From the NCBI GenBank assembly GCA_937949615.1, contig CALEDQ010000004.1, positions 326,326-390,325 on the forward strand: a stretch of 64,000 bases of DNA, written 5' to 3'. The notes below the pieces were generated by a model. It was not told the DNA's origin. It ran no database searches and saw nothing but the letters and a program-made list of their open reading frames with translations. Positions 21,516 to 31,265 of this stretch are shown here, in pieces (positions within the stretch are counted from its first letter, which is position 1; each line of letters opens with the position of its first letter). This DNA comes from an uncultured bacterium (GTDB lineage Bacteria > Muiribacteriota > Ozemobacteria > Ozemobacterales > Ozemobacteraceae). The position numbers and the translations under genes are program-made.

Positions 21516-22583
21516 TTGGCGCAGCAAATTCAAATCTGTGCAAAAGGCGGGCCACCAGAAAAAATGCAGGAACTCTATAACAACCCAGCTGTTCCGACCC
21601 TGAACGTAAACACCAGCCAACCGGTCGAGCAGGAAAAGGTTCTTGCCGTATGGCCCGACGTCATTGCCTATATTTTCGCCGGCATCGGCCTGTCGTATCT
21701 GATCAACATCTCGATTGAAACCAGAGACCTCGATCAGGCTCTGACATGGGGTGCGGTCGGCTTTGCCGCGCTCTGGGGGTTCACCGGCTTCAGACACGGC
21801 CTGTTCAACGAAATAGTTTTGCTCGCACGCCTCGCAGTGCCCGCCTTTCTCGCCTGGCAGTTCGGAAGTGAAGCCGGCAGTTTTCTCGGCATGCCAAATT
21901 TTATCGGCCTCAGTATTGGCAGCCCGCTGATTTTCATGCTGTCATATTTTATCGTCGGCCGCGTCTTCCGGCAGCAGATTCTCAAGCCAAAGATACCGAC
22001 CGCTCCAGGCCAGATTCTTGGTTTGTTTGTCGGCGTTGCCGAAGCCGGGGCGGTGATTGCGCTAACCGGTTTTGCCCTCAGCTATATTCCGACCGGCAAT
22101 TTCAAAATGGAAAGCTCTCTGACAGCCGAACTCGGCAGGGCTGCTGAACAGGCCTTCATTCAGCCGATGCTGTCGTCGGTTGCCACCGGCCCCGCCACTC
22201 TTCTGCCACTGCTGGCCGATAAAAAATTCATCGAAAACGCCCCCAAAATGAACTGGCACAGCGTTGAAACTGAACTGGCGACCATTGGCCAGCACCCCAA
22301 AGTGCAAAACCTGCTCCAGGACACAGAACTGAAAGAGCTGGCAGTACAGAAGAATTTCGTCGCATTTGTTAAGCACCCAAAAATCAGAGCCATGCTCACC
22401 GACCCCGAACTCGGAAAAATCTCCGAAAACATCGACTGGCAGAAAATTCACAGCGCCATCGAACAGGGAATGCGTCAGCAAAGTCCGGCTCAACAGCAGC
22501 CAGCTCAGGCGCAGCCGCCAGAACCGGCTCAGACAACAGACATCACGCCTTTCCCGCCATCTGAAGAAGCTCCCCGAAATTGA
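21516..22583 (+). CDS. Membrane protein (CvpA-like 4-TM core) with a Q/P-rich C-terminal tail
   Basis: Four hydrophobic helices in the first ~170 aa. Tail is low-complexity (QQSPAQQQPAQAQPPEPAQ). Confidence 0.4.
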   Translation: MAQQIQICAKGGPPEKMQELYNNPAVPTLNVNTSQPVEQEKVLAVWPDVIAYIFAGIGLSYLINISIETRDLDQALTWGAVGFAALWGFTGFRHGLFNEIVLLARLAVPAFLAWQFGSEAGSFLGMPNFIGLSIGSPLIFMLSYFIVGRVFRQQILKPKIPTAPGQILGLFVGVAEAGAVIALTGFALSYIPTGNFKMESSLTAELGRAAEQAFIQPMLSSVATGPATLLPLLADKKFIENAPKMNWHSVETELATIGQHPKVQNLLQDTELKELAVQKNFVAFVKHPKIRAMLTDPELGKISENIDWQKIHSAIEQGMRQQSPAQQQPAQAQPPEPAQTTDITPFPPSEEAPRN

Positions 22584-22709
22584 ACCACCACTGCCTGTGA
22601 CCAGACAGATGGTTTGACTATAAGCCAACAGATTTCGGCCGGATTTGTAAAAAAAGCATTACTAAACACTTGCAAAGTTGCCATTTATGGTCTAAAAAGG
22701 AACTTACCT

Positions 22710-22795
22710 GGAGAGGTGCCGGAGCGGTCGAACGGGGCGGTCTCGAAAACCGTTGAGGGCTTTGCCTTCCGCGAGTTCAAATCTCGCCCTCTCCG
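22710..22795 (+). tRNA. tRNA-Ser (anticodon CGA), class II with a long variable arm
   Basis: Acceptor GGAGAGG/CCTCTCC. Anticodon loop CTCGAAA. T-arm GCGAG-TTCAAAT-CTCGC. Discriminator G. CCA is not encoded. Confidence 0.85.
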
Positions 22796-22868
22796 CTTTT
22801 TTTTTGCCATTTTTTCTTGATTGTCTTTATTGTGAACTCCGCAGAAACGAGAAACGGAACAGAGAAAA

Positions 22869-23486
22869 ATGCGAACCTGCCCTGACCTGCCGATGAAGCA
22901 GATGCCGGTGATCGTTAAAATCGGCAGCCCGATAAGCATTAATTTCGCGCTTTTCTGCGTCGCCATGGTTCTGGCCGGCACCTGGGGCATGGGGTTGATG
23001 TTCCGCTGGCCGGGCAAACATTTTGTGGTCATAACCATTCTCGCTCTTATGATGATCGTGCCTTTTCTCGGCATTTTCTACCGTAAAATAGAAATGTCGA
23101 TCACGAAAAAAATGGTCAGATGGGAATCGGAACGCTGGCCATTTCTCGCAATCAGATGGCAGGAACCCTTCTCCAGCTTCAAATACATTGTCATCGAAGA
23201 AACACAGCCATCTCTTGATGGGCCGGAACTGCTGCACTTTCGCCCTGACCGGCTGACTCTGATCAGAAAAGGCAAATACGGCCGAATTGAAGCGCGCCTG
23301 CTGCATATCATGCTCTACCACCCCGAAAATCCGGCAAAATTCTCGGTTTCGCTCGCCTGCTTCGGTTTCTCTGAAATAGAAAAAGCCAGAGAATATCTCG
23401 ACTCTGCGCAAAAACTTCTCGGCCTGCCCAAAGCAATTCTGAAAAACGGTCAGATTGAAGAAATCGAAGACTTCATGGGCGAGTAG
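22869..23486 (+). CDS. Hypothetical small membrane protein (2 TM)
   Basis: ORF with two hydrophobic helices. No recognisable motif. Confidence 0.4.
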   Translation: MRTCPDLPMKQMPVIVKIGSPISINFALFCVAMVLAGTWGMGLMFRWPGKHFVVITILALMMIVPFLGIFYRKIEMSITKKMVRWESERWPFLAIRWQEPFSSFKYIVIEETQPSLDGPELLHFRPDRLTLIRKGKYGRIEARLLHIMLYHPENPAKFSVSLACFGFSEIEKAREYLDSAQKLLGLPKAILKNGQIEEIEDFMGE

Positions 23487-23704
23487 GCTATTACGCCGAA
23501 CCGGTAAAGCAGTCAAAACGCCAGCGCCAGGCATCGCAAACCACTACCCTTTTCTCTAACGCCAAAACATTTTTTCGATCACGATCCGCAAAAACTGATA
23601 GACAGCCCGGTTTGTTGCAAACAAAAATGATCAGCAAAATCTGACTTTTCAATCAAATTTTTATATAGATATCTGGGCTAAAAGCATTTTTTTCGGCGCG
23701 AAAT

Positions 23705-25585
23705 TCATTTATGAACGCTCTTTTGCAGCCTCTCGCCTTTATCAAGATAATCCTGATAAGAAGTCTGCATAATCATTTTGCCAAGCTTTATAAAGTCATC
23801 AGATATCGTTTTATCCCTGTGCAAAAGCCGATTTGAAGAATTGTCGAAAGCCATATAGCCAGATTTGGTTACCATTGAAAAACCGTCGTTGAAAAAACAG
23901 CATGCGAATTCACTACTCGTATTCAAAAATAGATTGCGAGAAAAAACAAATTCATCCGAGTTCAACTGAAGTATTTCGAGCAATGTTTTGGCAATGTCCT
24001 GCTGAGAGCCAATTTTCGTTATCACACCCGATCCACGGTCCAAAGCCCCCCCCATGAACAGCAACGGAATATGATATTTTTCAGGTTCATAGCGCTGAGG
24101 GTGGCCAATATACGATGTTCCATGATCAGCGACAACAATTATCAGAGAGTTTTGGTAGCACGGAAGTTGCTCAATTTTTTCAATAAAACCTGTAATGGCT
24201 CGATCTGTATAAGCGAGAGCATTTTTATATTTTGAGACTTTATCGTTGCCTGAAAATACTGACGTATCCGGAACTTCAAATGGCTCATGACTGCTGAGAG
24301 TCAATATTACCGAAAAGAATTGCTGATCGCTTCTTTCAATATGTTCCAGGGCAAGGTCCAACACATTATGATCATGAACCCCCCATTTTGATCTTGGAAT
24401 TTTGGCAGAAAAAGATTTCTCATCGAAAATTCTGTCGAATCCTCCATGAAAAAGATAGTTTTTCATATTGTCGAAGTTGATGTCTCCACCATAGTAGAAA
24501 GAAGTCTGGTACCCGGCATTTTTTAGACTTTTCCCCAGATTCGGCAGAAAAAAAGCTTTTCGAGTCGAAGAAATAATCTCTGATCTTGGTTGAGCTGGAT
24601 AACCGCTTAATACTCCGACCAGCCCTTTTCCGGTTCTGTCACCGGTCGCGTAAATATTTGAGAACAGCAGACCTTCTTTCGCGAGGCGATTGAAGCCGGA
24701 AGTAACGCCAGCCTCACCACCAACGACCTCTACAGCGCTAGCAGAAAAGCTTTCCCATATAATTAGAATTACATTTGGCAAGTTTGAATTAATTGAATTA
24801 TCTACTTTTTTTGGAGGATTTGGCTGATAAGCTGCTTTTACGTTTTGCTCCGCTTCATCAGAAGAAAAATATTTGTATGGATTCCCTTTATCCTGGACTC
24901 CTTCAAGAAGAGTGCGAAAGAAACTCCAGTGAATGTTGATCGCTGCCTGATTGGCAAAATCATTATCGGAAAAACAGGCATAACTTGGATTGAGAGGGAT
25001 ATTGCAAAAACCACCTCTTCCAGCTATCACCATTAGCGCCAATATAGCTGTCGAAGAAATCCATTTTTCCAGGTTCGACGAATGTGACTTCCCTATTTTT
25101 GTAAGAAACAAATGAACAATCTTTTTGTAGGCAAGCAGAGAGAAGATGACAAGCAGAATTAGAATCCATCCCAGCATTAAAATGGGTGAAGAACAAGATG
25201 ACGCGAATGCTTCTTTTGGGCTGCAAAGATAATGCAAAGCTGAAGCATCAATGCGGAATCCCCATATTGAAAAAATTTCCATGTCAGAAACAGAAATCAG
25301 AGACAGGATTGTTGCCGTGAAAATACTGTAATAAAAAGTAAGCTTGCGAAAATACCGGTTTGACAGATCTTCGAAACAGAGAGAAAGTAAAAAAGGAAAT
25401 ACTAGAATGTAACTTGCCATTGCAAGATCCATCTTTAGGCCTTTTAGCAGCATTTCAGAGAACAGATTTGCTTGCATCTCTACGAGAAGATCGTGTCTGT
25501 AACCGAGAAATAGTAGACGAGTTATTACCGCAAATCCAACCCAAAAAAGAGTATAGCGTAAATAAAATTTGATTCTCGAACTCAT
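23705..25585 (-). CDS. LTA synthase/sulfatase-family membrane protein (phosphoglycerol/phosphoethanolamine transferase-like)
   Basis: N-terminal ~5 TM helices. C-terminal alkaline-phosphatase-superfamily region (ILIIWESFSA..., SSHEPFEVPD...). Confidence 0.65.
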   Translation of the reverse strand: MSSRIKFYLRYTLFWVGFAVITRLLFLGYRHDLLVEMQANLFSEMLLKGLKMDLAMASYILVFPFLLSLCFEDLSNRYFRKLTFYYSIFTATILSLISVSDMEIFSIWGFRIDASALHYLCSPKEAFASSCSSPILMLGWILILLVIFSLLAYKKIVHLFLTKIGKSHSSNLEKWISSTAILALMVIAGRGGFCNIPLNPSYACFSDNDFANQAAINIHWSFFRTLLEGVQDKGNPYKYFSSDEAEQNVKAAYQPNPPKKVDNSINSNLPNVILIIWESFSASAVEVVGGEAGVTSGFNRLAKEGLLFSNIYATGDRTGKGLVGVLSGYPAQPRSEIISSTRKAFFLPNLGKSLKNAGYQTSFYYGGDINFDNMKNYLFHGGFDRIFDEKSFSAKIPRSKWGVHDHNVLDLALEHIERSDQQFFSVILTLSSHEPFEVPDTSVFSGNDKVSKYKNALAYTDRAITGFIEKIEQLPCYQNSLIIVVADHGTSYIGHPQRYEPEKYHIPLLFMGGALDRGSGVITKIGSQQDIAKTLLEILQLNSDEFVFSRNLFLNTSSEFACCFFNDGFSMVTKSGYMAFDNSSNRLLHRDKTISDDFIKLGKMIMQTSYQDYLDKGERLQKSVHK

Positions 25586-25610
25586 TTGAGCGGACTCCCT
25601 TAAAGGATGA

Positions 25611-26159
25611 TTAGAAAAATTGAATTCTCAGGGGAGTTTCGTAAGGCTCTCGACTAAATTCAACCTCTGCTATTTCGACAATGGGCAACTTGTGTGAACT
25701 GAAAACCGACGCTTTTGAATTAAAAACTCTTTCAAAGCCAATGATCCTACCTTTGACCCTAATTTCTGATGAGTTATCGTTAATTCTTGGGTCATCTGGC
25801 ACGCTCCCGGGAAATTCAATTCCGAACACATAATCCATGTTGTAGTTTGGATTTACTGAATCTCTGGTGTTGGCAAAAAATCTGATTTTGCCCTGCTTTT
25901 TATCTGAAAAACAAAGTTTGCCGCTCAATTCAACTGCCTCACCTACCACCATATTGTCGTAGGTAGCTTCATTTATGGAAACTTTGCGATTGATGTATGC
26001 TTTTTGCGCTATTTTTCGACGTTCAAAGCCTTTTTGAAATACATCAGAGCTTCTCATTATCTGGGCAAATACTGAAGAGTTCACCATGACTGCCATCAAA
26101 ACAAGAACAGTAAGAATCAAGGTTTTTACAGAACATTTCTGGATACGTTGCATCTGCAT
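25611..26159 (-). CDS. Secreted hypothetical protein
   Basis: Signal peptide ...LILTVLVLMAVMVNSSVFAQ. A TetR-operator-like palindrome lies in its promoter. Confidence 0.45.
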   Translation of the reverse strand: MQMQRIQKCSVKTLILTVLVLMAVMVNSSVFAQIMRSSDVFQKGFERRKIAQKAYINRKVSINEATYDNMVVGEAVELSGKLCFSDKKQGKIRFFANTRDSVNPNYNMDYVFGIEFPGSVPDDPRINDNSSEIRVKGRIIGFERVFNSKASVFSSHKLPIVEIAEVEFSREPYETPLRIQFF

Positions 26160-26210
26160 ATAAACTCCTTATCATCTCCGACTCCGAATTGATTCAATCG
26201 GAGCCATAAA

Positions 26211-26232
26211 ATAGTGAAATAGCTTTCACTAT
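26211..26232. promoter_or_regulatory. Palindromic operator ATAGTGAAA-tagc-TTTCACTAT (putative TetR site 1)
   Basis: Perfect 9-bp inverted arms, seen directly in the sequence. Confidence 0.55.
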
Positions 26233-26312
26233 CTAGTCAAAAAAGTTTCATAACAAAACCGGTTCCGCCATTTTAGGTCGAAACCAATAAATCCGTTTTG
26301 GTTAAATCATCA

Positions 26313-26334
26313 ATAGTGAAAGTGCATTCACTAT
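26313..26334. promoter_or_regulatory. Palindromic operator ATAGTGAA-agtgca-TTCACTAT (site 2)
   Basis: Perfect 8-bp inverted arms with the same half-site. Confidence 0.55.
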
Positions 26335-26348
26335 CAATCTAAAAAAAA

Positions 26349-26948
26349 CTAATTTGCCTTTAACACCTCTTCAAAGACTTTCCATGCTAGTTCGGCATGC
26401 TTTAACAATTCAGATTTCGAATGTTTGTGAAGCGTAAGAAAGCCAATTTGCGCAACCATAGCAAATTGATATGTGGTAAGGGCTTCCGGGGAAAGATCTT
26501 TGCGAATCTGCCCGGCTTCCTGAGCCGCTTTAAAAAGACCGGAAACTAAATTTAGACGCCGTTCATGAATTTTACAGAAAATAGATTTCAGTTCACTGTC
26601 TGAATTCAGCATCTCGTCTGAAAACACGATGAACGGAACGCCAGGCGAGTTCATTGCTCTGGTGATTTCAGCAATATAAACATCATGAATCCGCTTGACG
26701 AAGTTGCCGTCACCCTTGGACGCCAGCCTTAGAATTTCTTCCGATTGATGAAGGAGCAGTTGAACAATAGCTTTGAAAATCTGTTTTTTGTTTTTAAAAT
26801 GCTTATATAGCGCCGACGGAACCACGCCTACCGCTGTAGCTATTCTCTCCGTAGTAAGCCCTTTAACGCCGTGAACCGCTACAAGCTCCAATGCTGCCTG
26901 AGCGATCTGTTCCTGGCGTATTTCCGTTACAACTTTTGCGGCTCTCAT
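26349..26948 (-). CDS. TetR/AcrR-family transcriptional regulator
   Basis: N-terminal HTH IAQAALELVAVHGVKGLTTERIATAVGVVPSALYKHFKNK. Confidence 0.85.
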   Translation of the reverse strand: MRAAKVVTEIRQEQIAQAALELVAVHGVKGLTTERIATAVGVVPSALYKHFKNKKQIFKAIVQLLLHQSEEILRLASKGDGNFVKRIHDVYIAEITRAMNSPGVPFIVFSDEMLNSDSELKSIFCKIHERRLNLVSGLFKAAQEAGQIRKDLSPEALTTYQFAMVAQIGFLTLHKHSKSELLKHAELAWKVFEEVLKAN

Positions 26949-26970
26949 ATTGTGAATATATATTCACTAT
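26949..26970. promoter_or_regulatory. Operator-like near-palindrome ATTGTGAAT-atat-ATTCACTAT (site 3)
   Basis: One mismatch between arms. Lies in the TetR promoter region. Confidence 0.5.
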
Positions 26971-26987
26971 TATATTTTGTCAAGCAA

Positions 26988-27009
26988 ATAGTGAATTAGC
27001 ATTCACAAT
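26988..27009. promoter_or_regulatory. Operator-like near-palindrome ATAGTGAAT-tagc-ATTCACAAT (site 4)
   Basis: One mismatch between arms. Same half-site as sites 1-3. Confidence 0.5.
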
Positions 27010-28089
27010 CCCTACGATGATCCATACGCCACCGAAAACACACACCAGACCATTTTCCCGCTTCATCAACCAAACTTGGCAATTGATCCATTAAGGGGTT
27101 GATCGTTGCGACTTCCAAACAATTGTTTTATATTTTGAGAACAGCAAAAGCATTATTAACAGCGGATTATTAAGATAGAACGTCATGAGAATCTTGATGA
27201 AATATAAGCGCAACCATAAGTTTCAAAGAAAAAGCCATTACTGGGAAGCAGTAAATACATTCGGAGAGGAAATTGTTAACAATAGAAATAAGCTACATAG
27301 TCCTAAGATTCTCCGGCTCTGAGATTTTGGGCGATTTGCTGCTTTGTGAGCGGGATATTCTCGATGTCATTAAATCCAGAACCTGAAGCCTAAACACTTT
27401 TCCAAACTTACTTTCTTTCCAATTTTCGGGCATACCCATACCAACCTCTATTTCAAGCCCCTCTATATTGGCATGCGCATCATCAATTACAGACTCAAAT
27501 TTGTCCTTCCATGTTTTGACAATTGAATTCCCTACGCCTCCCACAAAAAAGAAGTAGCGAACTATTGATATGACTGCCCAGATACGCTTTTCAGAAGTTT
27601 GAAAATGCTCGAAACCTTCAATAATCTTTGGCTACTGCGGACAAATCTGCAATTCCAGGCTCCAGAGTCTGCCATGGCGCGCACAAAGATTTCATACATA
27701 TACCAGGACATGCAACCAGGATTTAAACACCGGGCCGGGCAAACAAAATCGCTTGGCAATTTTATTCTGCAAAGAAGGAACTAAACCTGCAAACATGGTC
27801 GACAAACATCCGAAAGAAAAAATCTCAACTTCTGCCCAAACTGGCAAATTTGGATATTCGCAATACTTTTCCCCGAAATGTTAAACAAATATCTCTTTCA
27901 AGCATTCGACCTCTTGTAGCTATCTCGCGTCTTCTTTGAAACGATATTCATTGGTAAGGCTGTTTGGCTCATTATGACCAAAAGGCCCTAGCAAATGCGC
28001 CATTTCATATGCAATACCTGTTCCAAGCTCAATTTCAAATTGCTGATCTGACTTTAGCAAGCCCAAAAATTGATTCGGCTAAAATGAAA

Positions 28090-28116
28090 AAATCCTCGTT
28101 TTCACGAGGACTCTTT
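28090..28116 (-). terminator. Rho-independent terminator following tRNA-Leu
   Basis: Minus-strand reading: GTCCTCGTGAAAACGAGGAT followed by TTTTT. Confidence 0.7.
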
Positions 28117-28117
28117 C

Positions 28118-28201
28118 GGTGCCGGGGACGGGACTTGAACCCGTATGGCTCTCGCCACACGCCCCTCAAACGTGCGTGTCTACCAGTTCCACCACCCCGG
28201 C
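28118..28201 (-). tRNA. tRNA-Leu (anticodon GAG), class II
   Basis: Reverse complement: GCCGGGG...CACGU-UUGAGGG-GCGUG...ACGGG-UUCAAGU-CCCGU-CCCCGGC-A-CC. Anticodon loop U-U-GAG-G-G. Confidence 0.85.
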
Positions 28202-28217
28202 GGGGGACGTGAGGGTG

Positions 28218-28246
28218 ATTATAGCGCAACCTGAATTTACAGTCAA
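28218..28246 (-). promoter_or_regulatory. Consensus sigma70 promoter for tRNA-Leu (TTGACT-17-TATAAT)
   Basis: Minus-strand TTGACT at 28246-28241 and TATAAT at 28223-28218, with a 17-nt spacer, ~17 nt upstream of the tRNA 5' end. Confidence 0.75.
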
Positions 28247-28407
28247 CAAAAAATTAAAAGTTTTTGTTTTGTGTTTTTTTTCACAATAAATTAAACTGTT
28301 TCTGACAACCCCCGAAGCGAAAATAAATGTCGGGTATCTGGACAAAAGCAGCCAGTAATGGCAGAATCAGCAATGAAAATCAAATGACACAACAAGGAAA
28401 GTCGACC

Positions 28408-29268
28408 ATGCTCGACAGTTTTGAAAAATACCTGTATCAGACAGTTTTTCCGATGCAGCCGCCGGAAAACATCTACCACTACACGACTCAGAAAGGCATT
28501 CTGGGAATCGTCACCCGCCGCGAGATGTGGGCGACTCAGGTGCATTTTCTCAATGACAAAAATGAAGTATTCCTGACCTTCAAGCTGCTCGAACGTGAAC
28601 TGAAAAAGCAGGCCAGCCGCGCCCAGACCCCGGCCATCAAATCGATACTGAACAACATCAGACACAATCTGCCCCGCATCGATCAGGGGCATATCTGCAT
28701 CGCTTCCTTCTGTGAAGAAAGCGACCTGCTGAGTCAGTGGCGCGGTTATGGCAATCAGGGCAAAGGCTACGCCATCGGCTTCAACCTCAAGGAACTGACC
28801 CATATTGCCAAACGCCAGCATTTTGTTCTCTGGCCCTGCGTTTACAACACCGCCCTGCAGATGGAACTGGTGACTTACCTGATCGACAACTGGTGCCGCG
28901 AGTTCGGCGGCCATAAAACCGTTCAACACGAAAAAATGCTGGCGATCATCAATACCAGCGTCTGCCAGCTTGCACCGATCATCAAAGACGAAAGCTTTTC
29001 AGAAGAAAAAGAATGGCGCCTGGTTTCGTCGGTAGTTTCGAGCAAATCGCCGCAATTCGCCTTCAGAGAAGGCGAGTTCTCGCTGATTCCGTATTATAAT
29101 TTCCAGATCGAAGACGAGCATGGCCGACTGAGCATCAGATCAATCGTCGTCGGGCCGTCACCGCACATGGAACTGGCACGCAACAGCCTGTCAACCTTTC
29201 TCGCCGCCAACAAACTGCCGACCGTCGACATCGTCAGCTCAAAAATACCTTTCCGCAACTGGAAATAA
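28408..29268 (+). CDS. DUF2971 family protein
   Basis: SD AAGGAAAG before ATG (MLDSF). Motifs IYHYTTQKGILGI, HFLNDKNE, SFCEESDLLSQWRGYG and GYAIGF are typical of DUF2971. Confidence 0.65.
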   Translation: MLDSFEKYLYQTVFPMQPPENIYHYTTQKGILGIVTRREMWATQVHFLNDKNEVFLTFKLLERELKKQASRAQTPAIKSILNNIRHNLPRIDQGHICIASFCEESDLLSQWRGYGNQGKGYAIGFNLKELTHIAKRQHFVLWPCVYNTALQMELVTYLIDNWCREFGGHKTVQHEKMLAIINTSVCQLAPIIKDESFSEEKEWRLVSSVVSSKSPQFAFREGEFSLIPYYNFQIEDEHGRLSIRSIVVGPSPHMELARNSLSTFLAANKLPTVDIVSSKIPFRNWK

Positions 29269-29332
29269 CCCCGCCGGCGACTGCCAGCGGGGCTGTTTGC
29301 GAAAGTTCTGTGAAGAACGCCTGAGCGTTCGG

Positions 29333-29857
29333 TTAATCTTCGACGGTCGTAGCGTTGTTGAGGTATTTCTTGTATTCGGCGGCCGAGAGAACGATTTCGG
29401 GGTATTCATTACTGACCCAGAAGCGTCTGCCATCGGGTGCCTGGCGCCATTCACCGTCGAGCAGGTTGACTTCGTTGCCGTAGATCATCGCAACCTTCTT
29501 CTTGCTGCGCGGAAAATTCGGCACTTTGCCTTCGCCATGCCATTCTTCGAGCAGATAAGCGAGATCTGAACGTCTTTCATGCACGACTTCAAAGTTCACT
29601 CTTTCGAAAAAGCGGCTGAGAATATCTGATTCTGTGGCTTCGACAGTTTCGACGAAGCGCTGAATGTCAGTTTTCGAGGCCAGCAGCGCCGTAAAAAGTT
29701 CAGACTCGCGCAGCTGCAGGGAAACATCACGCGATGCTTCCTGAGCGCTCATTGCCTTGTCGTTGGTTATCAGATCGGCGACAACGTCACACCAGGCGGC
29801 AGATACGGTGAATAGTGTGAATAAAAGGACCAGCCATGTAAGCTTGTTAACTTTCAT
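29333..29857 (-). CDS. Secreted hypothetical protein
   Basis: Signal peptide MKVNKLTWLVLLFTLFTVSAA. Confidence 0.5.
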   Translation of the reverse strand: MKVNKLTWLVLLFTLFTVSAAWCDVVADLITNDKAMSAQEASRDVSLQLRESELFTALLASKTDIQRFVETVEATESDILSRFFERVNFEVVHERRSDLAYLLEEWHGEGKVPNFPRSKKKVAMIYGNEVNLLDGEWRQAPDGRRFWVSNEYPEIVLSAAEYKKYLNNATTVED

Positions 29858-29989
29858 ATCAGCCTCGGTTAGAAGATTTGCAATTATCTTGTTGCAAATT
29901 GCGTACCATTTCTCGAAGGGCTGCCAGCAGCGATAAATACAGAATTACTTTCTTATCGCGGGCAAAAGTGCTAAATTATCAGCAGCCGG

Positions 29990-31207
29990 TTGCTGAGAAA
30001 TTACATGAACAAGCCAAATCTGATTATTCGAATTCACAATTACAACAGGGTCAGCCTCGGCGCTATCCTGGGCGCCTGTCGCCCTGCCCTGCTGCAGCAT
30101 TTCAACATTCTCACCTGGGTCAGCGACGCCCCGCCACCAGCCGAGCTCGAACTGAAACCCTCGCTGCTCGTCTGTTCATACATGCAGCCGCACGAGAAAC
30201 CGGTCGAAGCTGAGTTGCGCGCAGTAAAGCAGCAGTTTCCGCATCTGGAAGCGATCTGCGGTGGTGCTCAGCCAACCTCGGCCCCGGAAGCCGCCGTCGA
30301 CATGGGCTTTGACTACGTGGTCGCCGGTGAAGCTGAAGATTTCTTCCCGGAATTTCTTGAAAAGTGGCTCGCCGGATGCGTTGAGAAGGGCATTCACCAA
30401 ACACCGCGCGGCAAGGTCAATCTTGACCTCTACCCCGGCTTTTCGTCGATCACCGAATACCTGCCCCCGATCGAAATCAGCCGCGGCTGCCGCTTCGGCT
30501 GTATGTTCTGCGGTGTGCCCCGCCTGAACGCGGCGACACTGCGCCACCGCAGCCTGGCCGGCATTGAAGCGGTCATCAAAGAATATTTCAGGCTCAAACC
30601 GAGCCGCAAGCGTATCAAATTTCTGGCGCCCAATGCCTTTGCCTACGGCTCAGACGGTCTTAAGCCCGACCTGAATGCCCTTCACGGTCTGCTCGAAATG
30701 CTCAAGAGAGTCGGCGTGCCCGAGATCAATCTCGGCAGTTTTCCGTCAGAAGTGCGTCCTGACTTCGTCACGCGCGAAGTCATGGAACTGGTGACCCCCT
30801 ATCTGTCGAACAAAACAATCGTCATGGGCGTGCAGACCGGCTCTGACAGTATGCTGAAACGCATGAACCGCGGGCACAGCCGCGAGCAGTCGATCAATGC
30901 AATCTCTCTTATCCGCGAATTCGGCTTTCAGCCGCACGTCGATTTTATCGTCGGCAACCCCGACGAGACCGAAGAAGACCAGTTCGAACTGATCGACTTC
31001 ATGGAGCAGATGCTGCGCGACTACGCGATACGCATTCACATGCACACTTTCGTGCCCCTGCCCTCGACACCCTGGGAAAACAAGCTGCAGTCACCGATCA
31101 ACGAGAAGGTCAAAAAGCACCTGCGCGATCTCGAAAAACGTGGCGTTCTCGACGGCTGGTGGGAAAACCACATCGGCCACGCCCGCCACGCGCGCGGCAA
31201 TCCTTAG
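29990..31207 (+). CDS. Radical SAM protein with an N-terminal B12-binding-like/Rossmann region
   Basis: SRGCRFGCMFCGVP carries a CxxxCxxC motif. Elongator/class-B-like downstream motifs are present. Alternative start at 30005. Confidence 0.7.
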   Translation: MLRNYMNKPNLIIRIHNYNRVSLGAILGACRPALLQHFNILTWVSDAPPPAELELKPSLLVCSYMQPHEKPVEAELRAVKQQFPHLEAICGGAQPTSAPEAAVDMGFDYVVAGEAEDFFPEFLEKWLAGCVEKGIHQTPRGKVNLDLYPGFSSITEYLPPIEISRGCRFGCMFCGVPRLNAATLRHRSLAGIEAVIKEYFRLKPSRKRIKFLAPNAFAYGSDGLKPDLNALHGLLEMLKRVGVPEINLGSFPSEVRPDFVTREVMELVTPYLSNKTIVMGVQTGSDSMLKRMNRGHSREQSINAISLIREFGFQPHVDFIVGNPDETEEDQFELIDFMEQMLRDYAIRIHMHTFVPLPSTPWENKLQSPINEKVKKHLRDLEKRGVLDGWWENHIGHARHARGNP

Positions 31208-31265
31208 CTTCACCGCATCTGCACAAATAACCCGCAAAAGAGCGTCTTTAAATAAAGATCTGACT

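Noticed and set aside
22640-22700. Promoter for tRNA-Ser (TTGCAA-17-TAAAAA)
   Set aside because: The -10 element is poor. Not enough support to call a promoter.
28291-28929. 212-aa minus-strand ORF overlapping the DUF2971 gene
   Set aside because: The plus-strand ORF carries recognisable DUF2971 motifs and a good RBS. The minus ORF has no motif and is an antisense artefact.
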